64,000 nt of DNA from an uncultured delta proteobacterium (GCA_963712115.1 CAVQGX010000020.1:128001-192000), one strand, 5' to 3'; shown: positions 31,767 to 42,371, numbered from the stretch's first letter. Notes: generated by a model not told the origin, from the letters alone. Numbers and translations are program-made.

Positions 31767-32203
31767 CAGCCTTCCTTAATGATTCGTGCAATTTTGGGGA
31801 TAACTGCCCCGGTTTGCTCCAACTTTTTGTCCTTTATTCTAACCAGGACGAAAGCGAGTCCAAAACAGATAAAAGCAAGCCCAAAAGAGGTCACTTCGGG
31901 ATTTGTTCCCAGAATGGGAGCCACTTTCTGCCCCAGGGCAGCTCCAGCAATGAGAGCTAGAATGGGAAACAAATAGACCAGAAAGGAGAGTTTCATTAAA
32001 GATTGATCCTCCAGGGTCAAGAGCACCTGGTCACCAGGTCGCGCCTGAACAACGTTGAGGGCTTCAACCTCCATCTCTTTACCGCCGCCCAGAACTTGGC
32101 AGGCACCATGGGAACTGCAGCTCTCGCACATTTCGGAGCGCCTAGTAACCACCCAAGCTTTACTGCCCATTGTTCTCTTGACCATGCCCTCTTCGGTCAT
32201 CAT
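31766..32203 (-). CDS. rseC: RseC/MucC family membrane protein
   Basis: CESCSSHGAC motif, two TM helices, rnf context; ATGA overlap at 32200-32203. Confidence 0.85.
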   Translation of the reverse strand: MMTEEGMVKRTMGSKAWVVTRRSEMCESCSSHGACQVLGGGKEMEVEALNVVQARPGDQVLLTLEDQSLMKLSFLVYLFPILALIAGAALGQKVAPILGTNPEVTSFGLAFICFGLAFVLVRIKDKKLEQTGAVIPKIARIIKEG

Positions 32204-33090
32204 GGGCGAATCTCCCAAAAATAATGAGAGGGATCAAATATCAGGGGCGATAAGCTCGAGTCGAGAACTTCCGCTCCTATCACCTCGCCGACGAACAAGG
32301 AGTGGTCACCAACCGCTACCGTCTTCACCAGTTGGCAATCAATATAAGCAAAAACACCTGACAAGAGAGGGTTACCCGCGGGTGTTCGCTGAGGGACAAC
32401 CCCTTCAAATTTGTCCATTTCCCGTCCTGTGGTTAAAGCGAATCGGGAGGCGACATCTACCTGGCCGGAGGCCAGAACGTTCAGGGCAAACTGACCACTA
32501 TTGGTGATCATTTCATGGCATTTTCTCAGGGGTGAAATGGCAACCATCACCATCACGGGGTTATAAGATAGCTGGGTGACCCAGGGTGTGGTCACGCCAT
32601 TGATCTGGCCTTTGTCTTCAACTGTTACGATATAGACGCCATTACTTATGGACCTGAAGAGGATATCTTGCGTCTCTACTTCTGCCTTGTCAGGGTAACG
32701 AACTAGCTCTATATGGGTTTCCTGACCCAAAACCTCGGACACCTTGCTTTCAATTTCGCTTCGGTCAATGGGTTTCAGACAGTAAGCATTCGCACCTAGC
32801 CGCATAGCTTCCTCAACGGTAGCGTGCGTTGGGTAACCTGTAAGCATTATGACTTTTATGGAGGGTCGGATCTCCTTTAGTCTGCTCAAGACCTGAACGC
32901 CATCCATCTTTTTCAGTTTTATGTCCAGGATTGCGAGGTCGACCGGATGTTTATTAACATGATCAATGGCCTCATCTTCATCCGTGTAACCAACGACCTC
33001 GTGCCCCCTTTTCTCCAATACTCTGCGGACGGCGTTTACCGCTTCCAGGACATCGTCCAGAACCAGAATTCGAGCCATGATGTTCTCCAT
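32200..33090 (-). CDS. response-regulator receiver fused to a flavin reductase-like domain
   Basis: REC (VLDD, LDIKL, LTG, KP) followed by GVYIVT, SYNPVMVMVAI, FALNVL, GDHSLFVGEV. Confidence 0.85.
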   Translation of the reverse strand: MENIMARILVLDDVLEAVNAVRRVLEKRGHEVVGYTDEDEAIDHVNKHPVDLAILDIKLKKMDGVQVLSRLKEIRPSIKVIMLTGYPTHATVEEAMRLGANAYCLKPIDRSEIESKVSEVLGQETHIELVRYPDKAEVETQDILFRSISNGVYIVTVEDKGQINGVTTPWVTQLSYNPVMVMVAISPLRKCHEMITNSGQFALNVLASGQVDVASRFALTTGREMDKFEGVVPQRTPAGNPLLSGVFAYIDCQLVKTVAVGDHSLFVGEVIGAEVLDSSLSPLIFDPSHYFWEIRP

Positions 33091-33116
33091 TCTCTTTCAA
33101 ATACACAGGGGTTTGC

Positions 33117-35177
33117 TTAATGATACCTGCCCCGTGCATAGCAGATCAATCCACAATTGAGACACCTGAGAGCCTCCTGCTTGGCCATTTCCTCAGTGAG
33201 GCCCCGCTCGATTTCAAGGCTGGGATCGAAATGTTCCTCAGGAGGTCGTTTGGGCATCTGTTGTCTAGGCCCAACAGGTAGCAGCTCCTGCACCTGATCT
33301 ACATCCAGAACCTCTGTTTGGCTGGTGATCACATGCACTGGCGGGGCGACGTCTTTGCCAATGAGGAACATTTGGGTTGAGGCGGCCGCCCTCCGACCTG
33401 CACCAATAGCTTCTACTACTGCTCGGTAGTCGCTTATGGGGTCACTGGTGGCAAAGATTCCCTCAGGTCTCACGGTTGAAGGTAGATGATAGGGAGAAAT
33501 GGTTTGCCACAACAAGGGAGTTCCCTCTCCCTCCAGAGCTGGTACTTTGACAAAGATCATTTCCGGTAAGCGTCCGGAGGCAGCGATAACCGTATCGGCC
33601 GAAATCGCCATCTCAGCAAATCGTCTACGGCCAGCAGTGGAGGAAGCGAGTTGGCTAAATACCAGTTGAGTTAGTTGGTCATCTACTCCTTTAAACTGGG
33701 TCAGGGTAGCATTGAAATAGACCTCTGTTTCCTCATGGCCAATTTTAGTTAAGTCAGAGTCGGAGAGGGCCAGCTCCCCCTTGGAACGGCTATAAACGAT
33801 GGTTACTTGTTCTGCCCCTGCTTGGCGGCATCTTCTGGCAGCGTCCAAGGCCATTTCCCCACCGCCGACAATCACAACTCGTCGGCCCACAGGGACGTCC
33901 ATTCCTTGTGCCCAGGCCAGCGAGACTGGGAGAAGCAGATAAAGGCCGGGAACGGCCTGATCCAGGGCAGGTTCTGGCCCGCGCATTAGGGTAGCATCCC
34001 AGCCGCCTGTAGCCAAAACCACAGCCTCATAGCCCTCCTGAAGCAGAGATGCCACGGTGAAGTCCTTGCCGAGGGCTTTTGCAGTTTGGGCCTCCACTCC
34101 CAATTCCAAGATACCCTCTATATCCCAATCCAGAACGTCTTTGGGCAGTCGTGATTCGGCAATCACCGTACGGAGCAAACCGCCCAGTTTGGGCATGGCC
34201 TCAAATATGGTGGGAGAATGACCTAGCCGGGCGAGGAAACAGGCTGCGGTCAAGCCTTCAGCACCGCCACCTACAACAGCGAGGCGACGGCCAGTCTCAG
34301 GAGCTTTGAAAAGTTGCAGCCGCTGACCGCTTTCTCTTTCATAGTCGGCCACAAATCGTTTCAGATAATTGATGGCCACCGGCTCGTCCGTGAGATTGCG
34401 GCGGCATTCGAACTCACAAGGATGGGGGCAAATCCTTCCGCAGACAAGGGGCAGCGGGTTTCTTTCTTTGATCACCCGCACAGCTTCCAGATAATTCCCC
34501 AAGGCCGTTTGCTGGATCTGTTCGGGAATGTTGATCCCGGCCGGACAAGTTCTCTGACAGGGGGCGGTGCATTCATCGGTGGTGTACTCGCCAAGAATGC
34601 GGTTTGTCACCGAAGTGAGATTAATTATTCCCTTGGGACAGGTACGGACGCAGGTACCGCAGCCGGTGCAAATGTCTTCGTGGACAACCGGTAGGCCGTC
34701 TTTTCCCATGGAGAGGGCGCCAAAAGGGCAGGCCTTGGCACACGAGCCCAGGCCAATACAGCCTATGGGACATTGTTTGGATCCCCCGTCCAGCAGCATG
34801 GCAGCGCGGCAGTCGCTGACACCGTCGTAGATATACTTGATATCGGCCTTTTCAACACTGTATCGGCAACCTATCTGAGCGATTTCTGGCTCCTTTAGTT
34901 CCACTTTAACACCGAGGATCTCAGCAACCTTCTGGTGAATTTCCACGCCTCCTCCCACACAGGAGTTTGGAGCCAGTTGACCTACTACAATGGCTTGGGC
35001 CGCTGCACTGCAACCGGGGAGTCCACAGCCGCCACAATTGGCTCCTGGAAGGGCCTCTTCAACCTCTATGATCTGTGGATCCACGTACACATAAAAAACC
35101 TTGGAGGCCACAGCTAGTCCAACACCAGCCAACAAACCCAGACCCCCTATGGCCAAACCCGCAGCGAGCATACTCAC
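33117..35177 (-). CDS. rnfB: RnfB fused to a GltD/NfnB-like FAD oxidoreductase domain
   Basis: N-terminal TM, LPGANCGGCG and ferredoxin motifs, then APCQRTCP, CGRICPHPCE, VVGGGAEG, IVGGGEMALD, terminal RCLNCG. Confidence 0.88.
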   Translation of the reverse strand: MSMLAAGLAIGGLGLLAGVGLAVASKVFYVYVDPQIIEVEEALPGANCGGCGLPGCSAAAQAIVVGQLAPNSCVGGGVEIHQKVAEILGVKVELKEPEIAQIGCRYSVEKADIKYIYDGVSDCRAAMLLDGGSKQCPIGCIGLGSCAKACPFGALSMGKDGLPVVHEDICTGCGTCVRTCPKGIINLTSVTNRILGEYTTDECTAPCQRTCPAGINIPEQIQQTALGNYLEAVRVIKERNPLPLVCGRICPHPCEFECRRNLTDEPVAINYLKRFVADYERESGQRLQLFKAPETGRRLAVVGGGAEGLTAACFLARLGHSPTIFEAMPKLGGLLRTVIAESRLPKDVLDWDIEGILELGVEAQTAKALGKDFTVASLLQEGYEAVVLATGGWDATLMRGPEPALDQAVPGLYLLLPVSLAWAQGMDVPVGRRVVIVGGGEMALDAARRCRQAGAEQVTIVYSRSKGELALSDSDLTKIGHEETEVYFNATLTQFKGVDDQLTQLVFSQLASSTAGRRRFAEMAISADTVIAASGRLPEMIFVKVPALEGEGTPLLWQTISPYHLPSTVRPEGIFATSDPISDYRAVVEAIGAGRRAAASTQMFLIGKDVAPPVHVITSQTEVLDVDQVQELLPVGPRQQMPKRPPEEHFDPSLEIERGLTEEMAKQEALRCLNCGLICYARGRYH

Positions 35178-35287
35178 ATCTCCTTAATCAAGTATAGTAA
35201 GGTGTTAATATTGCAATGTCTTTGTCGCTCTAATCTCTTTTTATTGCCCAATATTCCACCCACCCACGATTCCATCATTCCAGCTTC

Positions 35288-35866
35288 CTAATCAACTAAC
35301 CCTGAGAAACCCAAAAACGCCAGGGCAAGGAGGCCAACCGTTATCATGGCAATGGGCATTCCCGCGAAGGGGCCGGGAATTCTGGCCGTGGGAAATCTTT
35401 CCCTTATACTGGCGAGCAATACCATGGCCAACGAAAAGCCCACCGCCGAGGCAAAGGAGAAGACTACCGTCTGCATGAAGTCAAATTCTTCCTGAATATT
35501 GATGATAGCTATACCCAATACTGCGCAGTTGGTGGTAATCAGGGGCAGAAATATGCCCAAGGCTCGGTAGAGTCCTGGGATGGATTTTTGCAGAAACATC
35601 TCCACCAGCTGGACCAGTGAAGCGATGACCAGGATAAAGGCGATGGTTCGCAGATATTCCAAACCGAGTGGGTTGAGAATTGCGTACTGCACCACCCAGG
35701 TGATCATTCCAGCAAGGGTCACCACAAAAATAACCGCCATTCCCATGCCAACAGCAGTATCCATCTTTTGGGAGACACCCAGAAAAGGACAATTTCCCAA
35801 ATAACGGGCCAGGATAATATTGCTGACCAAAATGGCACTCACGATTAAAAGAAGATAGTCACCCAT
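35288..35866 (-). CDS. rnfA: Rnf complex subunit A
   Basis: LGNCPFLGVS, LGIFLPLITTNCAVLG. Confidence 0.95.
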   Translation of the reverse strand: MGDYLLLIVSAILVSNIILARYLGNCPFLGVSQKMDTAVGMGMAVIFVVTLAGMITWVVQYAILNPLGLEYLRTIAFILVIASLVQLVEMFLQKSIPGLYRALGIFLPLITTNCAVLGIAIINIQEEFDFMQTVVFSFASAVGFSLAMVLLASIRERFPTARIPGPFAGMPIAMITVGLLALAFLGFSGLVD

Positions 35867-35947
35867 GATAAAGATTCCTTTCTTCCGTGATTGGCTCTTC
35901 AGTTACAGGCCTGTAAAGTAGCCGCCAGCCTACAAGGCTTTCGAAGA

Positions 35948-36076
35948 AAATCCTAAATCCGAATATCTAAATCTTAAACAAATTCAAATTTCAAATTTCC
36001 AATGTTCAAAACGAAAATTATTTATGTAATTAGATTCTTTCCGTTTGGGTAATTTGAATTTTGGATTTCGAATTTA
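35948..36076. repeat. 7-nt-period inverted repeat inside the rnf operon
   Basis: Shares AAATCCTAAATCCGAA and TCCAATGTTCAAAAC with 16825-16983. Confidence 0.65.
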
Positions 36077-36153
36077 AAGCCCCTATCTCACCGGATGCCA
36101 GATTATGCCTTAAAACAAAGTGTTCCGTAGCTACCTATCTGCTGTTGCAAACG

Positions 36154-36753
36154 CTAGTGTGCTGGTCTTTTGCGGCTGATGATGTTCATCAGACCGAGGA
36201 GGAGTCCTAAACACACGAAGGCGCCCGGTGCCTTGACTATAAAACTGAGAGGTTCAAAGCTGGACCACATGACGCTGGCGCCAAAGAGAGTACCGTTGCC
36301 CAAAATCTCCCTTATACTTCCCAGAACAGTGAGAGAGATGGTGAAGCCCAGCCCGATCCCCAGGCCATCCGCCAGCGAGTAAATGATAGAGTTTTTGGAG
36401 GCGAAGGCCTCGGCTCGGCCTAAAATAATGCAGTTGACCACTATCAAGGGAATAAAAATTCCCAGAATTTTAAAGAGGGGATAGAAATAGGCCTGCATTA
36501 AAAGTTCTACGATGACCACAAAGGAGGCTATCACCACAATGTAGGAAGCGATTCTTACCTTACTAGGGATGACCTTTCTCAGTATCGAGACGAGAACGTT
36601 GGAGAAAACCAAAACAAAGGTCGTGGCCAATCCCATTCCCACACCGTTTTCGGCAGCGGTGGTAACTGCCAAGGTTGGGCAGAGGCCCAAGACAAGTCTG
36701 AACGGCGGGAGTTCCTTCCAGAATCCCTTGGTAAACTCTTTGACCACACTCAT
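36154..36753 (-). CDS. rnfE: Rnf complex subunit E
   Basis: LGLCPTLAVT, GIFIPLIVVNCIILGRAE, PGAF. Confidence 0.95.
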   Translation of the reverse strand: MSVVKEFTKGFWKELPPFRLVLGLCPTLAVTTAAENGVGMGLATTFVLVFSNVLVSILRKVIPSKVRIASYIVVIASFVVIVELLMQAYFYPLFKILGIFIPLIVVNCIILGRAEAFASKNSIIYSLADGLGIGLGFTISLTVLGSIREILGNGTLFGASVMWSSFEPLSFIVKAPGAFVCLGLLLGLMNIISRKRPAH

Positions 36754-37334
36754 GGCTTAAATGCCTCCTCTTTAATCTTAGGAAACTCCTTCAGCGCTTC
36801 GGTAACGGCAGTAACAACGCCCACGGTGGAGAAAGTTGCACCGCTGAGAGCGTCGACCTTGCCTCCTTCCGCCGAAAGCTTGGTTGTATCAAGATCCAGA
36901 CCGGCAAACTGGTCGGTGAATGACGGTTCTACAATTCTGGCACCCAGTCCGGGAGTCTCGGTATGGGTCATAATACTGATGCCGGTGAGCTTGCCGTCCG
37001 GACCCACTCCCACCATTACCTCTATAAGGTCGTGATATCCTTTGGCAGCAGCACTAAAGGCTACTGCCTGGGTTTTTCCGCCTTTTTTTGCAGGAAAAAC
37101 CACTTTTTCTAAGGGGTTGCCTTCCCCATCTTCCCCCAGCACCACCTTGATCCGTTCCTTGATTGGATCGTTGTCGAAGTCGCTCAGAACCGCCTTCATG
37201 GAAGGCTCTTGCACGAACTTGATGTACTGATACTCTCGGGGTGCCTTGGTGGCCTCGTTGACATAGGACAAGACCACACCCGAGGTGGTGCATATAACCA
37301 ATAAAACCACGACCATTTTTATTAGATCACGCAA
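36750..37334 (-). CDS. rnfG: Rnf complex subunit G
   Basis: N-terminal TM, ETPGLG, DALSGATFS FMN-attachment motif. Confidence 0.93.
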   Translation of the reverse strand: MRDLIKMVVVLLVICTTSGVVLSYVNEATKAPREYQYIKFVQEPSMKAVLSDFDNDPIKERIKVVLGEDGEGNPLEKVVFPAKKGGKTQAVAFSAAAKGYHDLIEVMVGVGPDGKLTGISIMTHTETPGLGARIVEPSFTDQFAGLDLDTTKLSAEGGKVDALSGATFSTVGVVTAVTEALKEFPKIKEEAFKP

Positions 37335-38324
37335 CTTCTTTTACCCTCCCATAGACTCGTGGCCGCACCCGATCCAGAAGCGGGGTAGCGGCATTCATTA
37401 GCAAGATGGCAAAAGCCACTCCGTCTATGAATCCTCCCCAGTAACGGATGATCATGGTAATCAATCCGCAACCTGCACCGAAAATGATCATGCCAGGTCC
37501 AGTTACCGGCACGGTTCCTTTATCGGTGGCCAGGAAGAAGGCGCCGATAAAAATCCAACCACTCAGAAGATATATGGTGGGGTTAGCATAGGTCCCGGGG
37601 TCGATGAGCCAGAAGATGAGGCCGAAGAGCCAAGCAGAGGCGAGAAAGCTTACAGGGATATGCCAGGTGATGATACGTTTTACGAAAGAAGATAGATGCC
37701 TCCGATTAATATGGCCACTACCGAGACCGTACCAATGGTTCCGGGTACGTTCCCGATGAACAGATCCAGCCATGGCAAGTCCATCAGAGCGTCGACTCCA
37801 TCCGACCTGATAACCTCTAGGGGTGGATATTCGATGTACCCTCCCGGGGCCAAGCCGAAAAGGGGCTCAGGCATTATCCAAGTCAGCATCTTACTCGGGA
37901 ATGAGACTCTAACTACAGCCCATCCCACCAGCACTGCATTGAAGGGATTGTTTCCTAGACCACCATAGATCTCTCTGCCCAGGATCACGGCCATGGCGGT
38001 TCCCAGCGCAGCTACCCACCAGGGTAATTCCGAGGTGCAGATCAGAGCGAAGAGGAGTCCTAGCAGTAGGGCGCTTCCGTTTTTGACGGCCAGTTTGCGC
38101 CCCATCAAACCCTGCATTCCGGCCTCACAGGCCACCGCGGTGGCCATGCATATGAGGGCCAATTTCAAGGCGGGGAATCCGAAGAAATATATGCCAGCCA
38201 GGAGTGCGGGTACCAGAGCTATCAGGGTGTGGTACATGATAGAGGAGGTAGTGATCTTCTGTTGGATGTGCGGGGCTACTGAAACACGAAGCATTGGCTC
38301 TTTTACTGAAATTCCTTTATCCAT
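37327..38324 (-). CDS. rnfD: Rnf complex subunit D (one apparent frameshift near 37685)
   Basis: APHI, GGLGNNPFN, GTIG in 37680..38324 continue into FFLATD, GVAFAILLMN in 37327..37773. Confidence 0.88.
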
Positions 38325-38336
38325 GTGGCTGACCTC

Positions 38337-39668
38337 TTATGCTAGGCTGAGCTCGCGTTTTCCATAGCGCATCAGATGCAACATGGGTCTTTTCTCGGGA
38401 CAAACATAAGCACAGATGCCGCATTCAATGCAGTGCAGGAGGTACTTCTCTCTTGCTTCCTCAAACATGGAAAACTCGCAGTACTTCGACAGTTCATTGG
38501 GAAGAAGGCGGGAAGGACAATGGCGGACGCAAAGCCCGCAGTTGATACAGGCGTCTGGAGAAAATCTTTTTGCCTCCGTCGCCGTTTGGAAAATCAGGGC
38601 GTCCGTCTCCTTGGTAATAGGGATATTGGTGTTCATCAGGGCAGCCCCTGTCATGGCGCCACCGGCGATTACCTTCACCGGCTCACCCTTGAGCCCTGCA
38701 AGCTGCTCCATGAGATCTTGCACAACCGTGCCCAGTCTCACCCTGTAGTTCTTTACAGCAGTGATGCCAGCTCCGGACAGGCTCACCACTTTGTCCACTT
38801 GGGGCTTCAGATCCCGGACAGCCTCCACTAAATGCACCAGAGAGACTGCATCAACCACAGCAACTCCGACGTCCTGCTCGCTACCTTGGGGCAAAGGAAT
38901 CTCCCGGCCGGTAACACACTTGATCAAGATGGGATTGAGTCCTATGGGATACTTGTGCCTGCCCCGAAATACCTGAATGCCGAGCCCTGCCAGTTCACCA
39001 TTCACGGATGAATTCTGGGGACCTACTGCGAGAACAACCTTAGCAGAGCCGACAAGCTTTTGTAGAATTTTGATACCGGCAGTAATCTCCGAGCTGTATG
39101 TGTTGAGGACAGCTCCTTTGGCCGCCATTCCAGGCTCAGCGTCGATACCGTTGATTATCAAGGTATCCACCGGTCTGGTTTGGGGGATACCCACCAGAAA
39201 AAGAAACTGCTTTGATGGCTCAGGTTTGGCAAACTTTGCGTGGAGGGGCATGCTCGGCGGGCCAATTTCTACAACGCCGGCAGCCTTCAACCCGGAGAGG
39301 ATTTGCGAGGTTTCCTTGTCCAGGAAGCGCTCATCCGAAGGAATTTCTTCCAGCCAGGAGTCTTGGCCGTCGGATTCGACGATTACTGAGAGCACCTCGT
39401 TGCCTCTCGGGTCAAACCAGGGTCGAATGTCCGCTACCCTCCCAGAAATCGAAGAGTGCACTGGTGCCACGAGAAAATCATCGCTTCGACCGACAAGCTG
39501 TCCCGTCTTGACTTGCTCCCCTACCTCAACAACGGGCTTGCAAGTTCGATTACTCTCTTGGCCCAGGGGAAGAACGACCCTTTTGGGAAGGGGGGTGTCC
39601 TCGATTGCCGGATTACTTACTTTTTGCGGAGGAAGGGAGACACCGCTAAAGGATGTTTTGAGGCCCAT
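38337..39668 (-). CDS. rnfC: Rnf complex subunit C (divergent)
   Basis: VGEQVKTGQ, PVHSSISG, LIING..EP, KYP, SLBB region, CINCGLCVRHCP and CIECGICAYVCP. Confidence 0.88.
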   Translation of the reverse strand: MGLKTSFSGVSLPPQKVSNPAIEDTPLPKRVVLPLGQESNRTCKPVVEVGEQVKTGQLVGRSDDFLVAPVHSSISGRVADIRPWFDPRGNEVLSVIVESDGQDSWLEEIPSDERFLDKETSQILSGLKAAGVVEIGPPSMPLHAKFAKPEPSKQFLFLVGIPQTRPVDTLIINGIDAEPGMAAKGAVLNTYSSEITAGIKILQKLVGSAKVVLAVGPQNSSVNGELAGLGIQVFRGRHKYPIGLNPILIKCVTGREIPLPQGSEQDVGVAVVDAVSLVHLVEAVRDLKPQVDKVVSLSGAGITAVKNYRVRLGTVVQDLMEQLAGLKGEPVKVIAGGAMTGAALMNTNIPITKETDALIFQTATEAKRFSPDACINCGLCVRHCPSRLLPNELSKYCEFSMFEEAREKYLLHCIECGICAYVCPEKRPMLHLMRYGKRELSLA

Positions 39669-40202
39669 AACTTACCTTCTGCTGTAGATAGTTGGAATTG
39701 CGGAGAAAAACAAGGCTTAGCTCACCACGGAATTTAGAATAGCCGTCTTGTTTTGTGGAAAAAAGCAGTGGCCACAGTTGCCATGGCTTTTCAGGCAAGA
39801 CGTTTAACTTTTGATGGCGATAGAGTACTAAAATTACTGATATTGTGGCTCAAGACCAAGTGAACGCTAAAGGCTCTGGTTCGAGCATCATATATTAACC
39901 ATACGAACATGTTCAGAGTCAAGAACATTTTTTCACGAACTCAAAGGGAGAATTTAAAAACAATATGAACCACGAAGGCATGGGGCATAGGGCATAGGGA
40001 AAAATTCGAAATTGTCCTTCAGACTCCCACCCTTCGGGCGGGTTCCCGGTTTCGCAATCCTAAATATTCTGGTCCTCTACCTCTTACAATAAATGACAGC
40101 GCAGCGTAATGACCTAATGACAGCGACGCGTAGTGACCCGAATCGCCTTGCGCCTTTAGCCATTGACTCTATGCTCTATGCCCTTTGCTCCATGCCCTTA
40201 TT

Positions 40203-40218
40203 AGGCACGCCTGTTGCA
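40203..40218 (+). promoter_or_regulatory. sigma54 promoter candidate for the two-component unit
   Basis: AGGCACGCCTGTTGCA (GG-N10-GC), about 290 bp upstream of the kinase. Confidence 0.45.
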
Positions 40219-40292
40219 TGTGATTTGTTGGGATGTGATGGACTTTGCATTGCAATATCTTCTCAATATTTTGTAGAATTTCCAAGACATAT

Positions 40293-40382
40293 TCACCCCC
40301 TCAGAATTCCCTCCCCCTCGACGGGGAGGGTTAGGGTGGGGGTGAGCCGCCGGCCATCTTCCGCCTCCCGCCAGGGGAGGGG
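40293..40382. repeat. REP-like C/G-rich palindromes
   Basis: CCCTCCCCCTCGACGGGGAGGG hairpin within TCACCCCC...GGGGGTGA, plus a second CCTCCC...GGGAGG hairpin. Confidence 0.55.
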
Positions 40383-40412
40383 AAGAAGGGATCTTTCGAC
40401 TGGGGGAACAAG

Positions 40413-40459
40413 CCTGACCGCCATCGTCCGCCTAGGGCGGATCAGGCGATGGTCGGCGG
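40413..40459. repeat. about 47-bp GC-rich palindromic element, related copy
   Basis: CCTGACCGCCATCGTCCGCCTAGGGCGGATCAGGCGATGGTCGGCGG, related to inserts at 55147-55194 and 59949-59996. Confidence 0.65.
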
Positions 40460-40506
40460 TCGAAAAATTTGATTAAAATTCTAGATTATTGGAAATACAA
40501 ATCGCA

Positions 40507-42190
40507 ATGAACCGCTTCCAGATGAGCCTGAGAACCAAGGTGGTCCTGAGCCTCACCTTTCTGATGGCCTCAGCCATGCTATTGATCGGCACGGTCATGC
40601 TCAAGGTGAGTCAGCGTGACCTGGTCCGGGCCAAGGTAGAGCAGGGTTTGGTGCTCAAGACGGCAGTGGAGCGGTTACTCATGACCTCGAGTGACGGCGA
40701 GATTGACCTGGTCAAGAACAGTTCGCTACTGGCAGGTCTCCAAAGCGGAAACTTTGAAAACATGGCCCCGTGGAAGATCACCGTTGCCGACCAGGATGGC
40801 CTGGTGGCTTATTCTGGAGACAATAAAGAAAAGGCAGGTAAACAGCCGTTGGCAAGACTGAAGCGGGTGATACAACTTGGGGTGGAGTCCGTCTCTTTCT
40901 CGCCGACCCCCCAATCCTTTTGGCCGCAGCTGCCTGAAACAGTAATAATTGCTGCCCCCCTTTTCCAAGACCGGAAAGTCATAGGAGCACTCCAATTGGA
41001 GGCAGACTTTGGCCGATGTGCGCCAGAGTCTGGCAGGTTCTCAGAAGCTCCTGTTGTTTTACATAGTGCTGGATATTCTGGTACTTGTAGCTTTCGGTGC
41101 CTATGTCTTTTCCAAACTGGTGGTAAAGCCGGTGCAAAAGCTGGTGCAGACCGCTGAGAGCTTCCAGGAGGGAGATATCATCCCTGACGTAAGTGCAGGA
41201 GAACAAAACGAGTTGGGAAAGCTTTCGCAGGCTCTGAACGCCATGTTGCAGAGGCTGGCGGAAAACAAAGAAGAGCTTCGCCAGCATATTTCCTCTCTGG
41301 AACAGGCTAACCTGGAACTGCAAAGGGCCCAGCAGGAAGTAATATTTAGTGAGAAGCTTGCCTCGGTGGGGCGGTTGGCTGCAGGTATCGCCCACGAGAT
41401 CGGAAACCCCGTGGGTATTGTCCTGGGTTACCTGGAGTTATTGCAAAGGAAAGACATTGACGAAGGTGAGCGCTCGGAGCTTGTTGGCCGCATGAGTAAC
41501 GAGATTCAGCGGGTAAATCAAACCATCAGGCAACTGCTGGATTTTTCCCGGCCGAGCTCCAACGAGAGACAGGCCATCTCTGTCCATCCCCTCATTCAGG
41601 AGACCCTGGAAGTTTTAGACCATCAGCTGAGACAAAAAGATATAAAGGTTGTCCTTGAACTCAAGGCCCAAGCAGATATGGTATTCGCCAATGCTGACCA
41701 ACTAAAGCAAGTATTTCTTAACCTCATGGTGAACGCTGCAGATGCCATGGAGGCTACAAGTGACAGACCACAGGGTGGTGAGCTGCATGTGAGGACCCGG
41801 GCTTTGGCCGAGGAGAGTCTGATTCAGGAAAGATCTGATGCTAAGCCCCTCCGGCGCCGCACGGATCCTGCCACAGCGGATTACAGCCACCTTCGGAGAA
41901 GTGTTGTCACCGCCAGGGAACGCTGGCTCCAAATCCAATTCGCCGATACCGGGGTGGGCATTCCCAAAGAAAACCAGAAAAGAGTTTTTGATCCCTTTTA
42001 TACCACCAAGGAGGTTGGAAAGGGCACGGGTTTGGGTCTTTCGGTAAGCATCCAAATCATTGAGACTTTAGGGGGACGCATGGATCTGTCCAGCAACCCC
42101 GGGGAAGAGACTAGAGTCACTATCCAGCTGCCCCTCTATGATGAGCAGGGAGGAGACAGCGGACAGGAGACAGCGAGGATAGAAAACTAG
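40507..42190 (+). CDS. HAMP sensor histidine kinase, PilS/PilS2-like (frameshift near 41008)
   Basis: TM and periplasmic part (40489..41157) join TM-HAMP-HisKA (AHEIGNP)-HATPase (DTGVGI, FYTTK, GTGLGL) if one T in GACTTTGG is removed. Confidence 0.85.
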
Positions 42191-42217
42191 GCAGTAAGCA
42201 CTATGCACCACCCGGCG

Positions 42218-42302
42218 ATGGGGAGAGACGGAGATGGGGCGAGACGGAGATAAGGAAATGATTAAAACTCGTCGTTTCTCCGTGTCCCCGTTTCACCGTG
42301 TC
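42218..42302. repeat. 8-nt-period inverted repeat
   Basis: GGAGAGAC-GGAGATGG-GGCGAGAC-GGAGA ... TCTCCGTG-TCCCCGTT-TCACCGTG. Confidence 0.55.
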
Positions 42303-42371
42303 GATCCACTCCGGTGTACAGACGGATCAGACTGAGCGGGTTGGCTAAAGAAGCTACTAGGGTATACCAAA

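Noticed and set aside
38977-39687. Long antisense or overlapping ORFs (e.g. 9276..9860, 38977..39687, 48078..48923, 55337..56047, 58490..59281)
   Set aside because: Shadows of well-supported genes on the opposite strand with no recognisable motifs.
39904-39940. GAACATGTTC palindrome and TTCACGAA upstream of rnfC as LexA or Rex sites
   Set aside because: The spacer is wrong for a GAAC-N4-GTTC box and only a Rex half-site is present.
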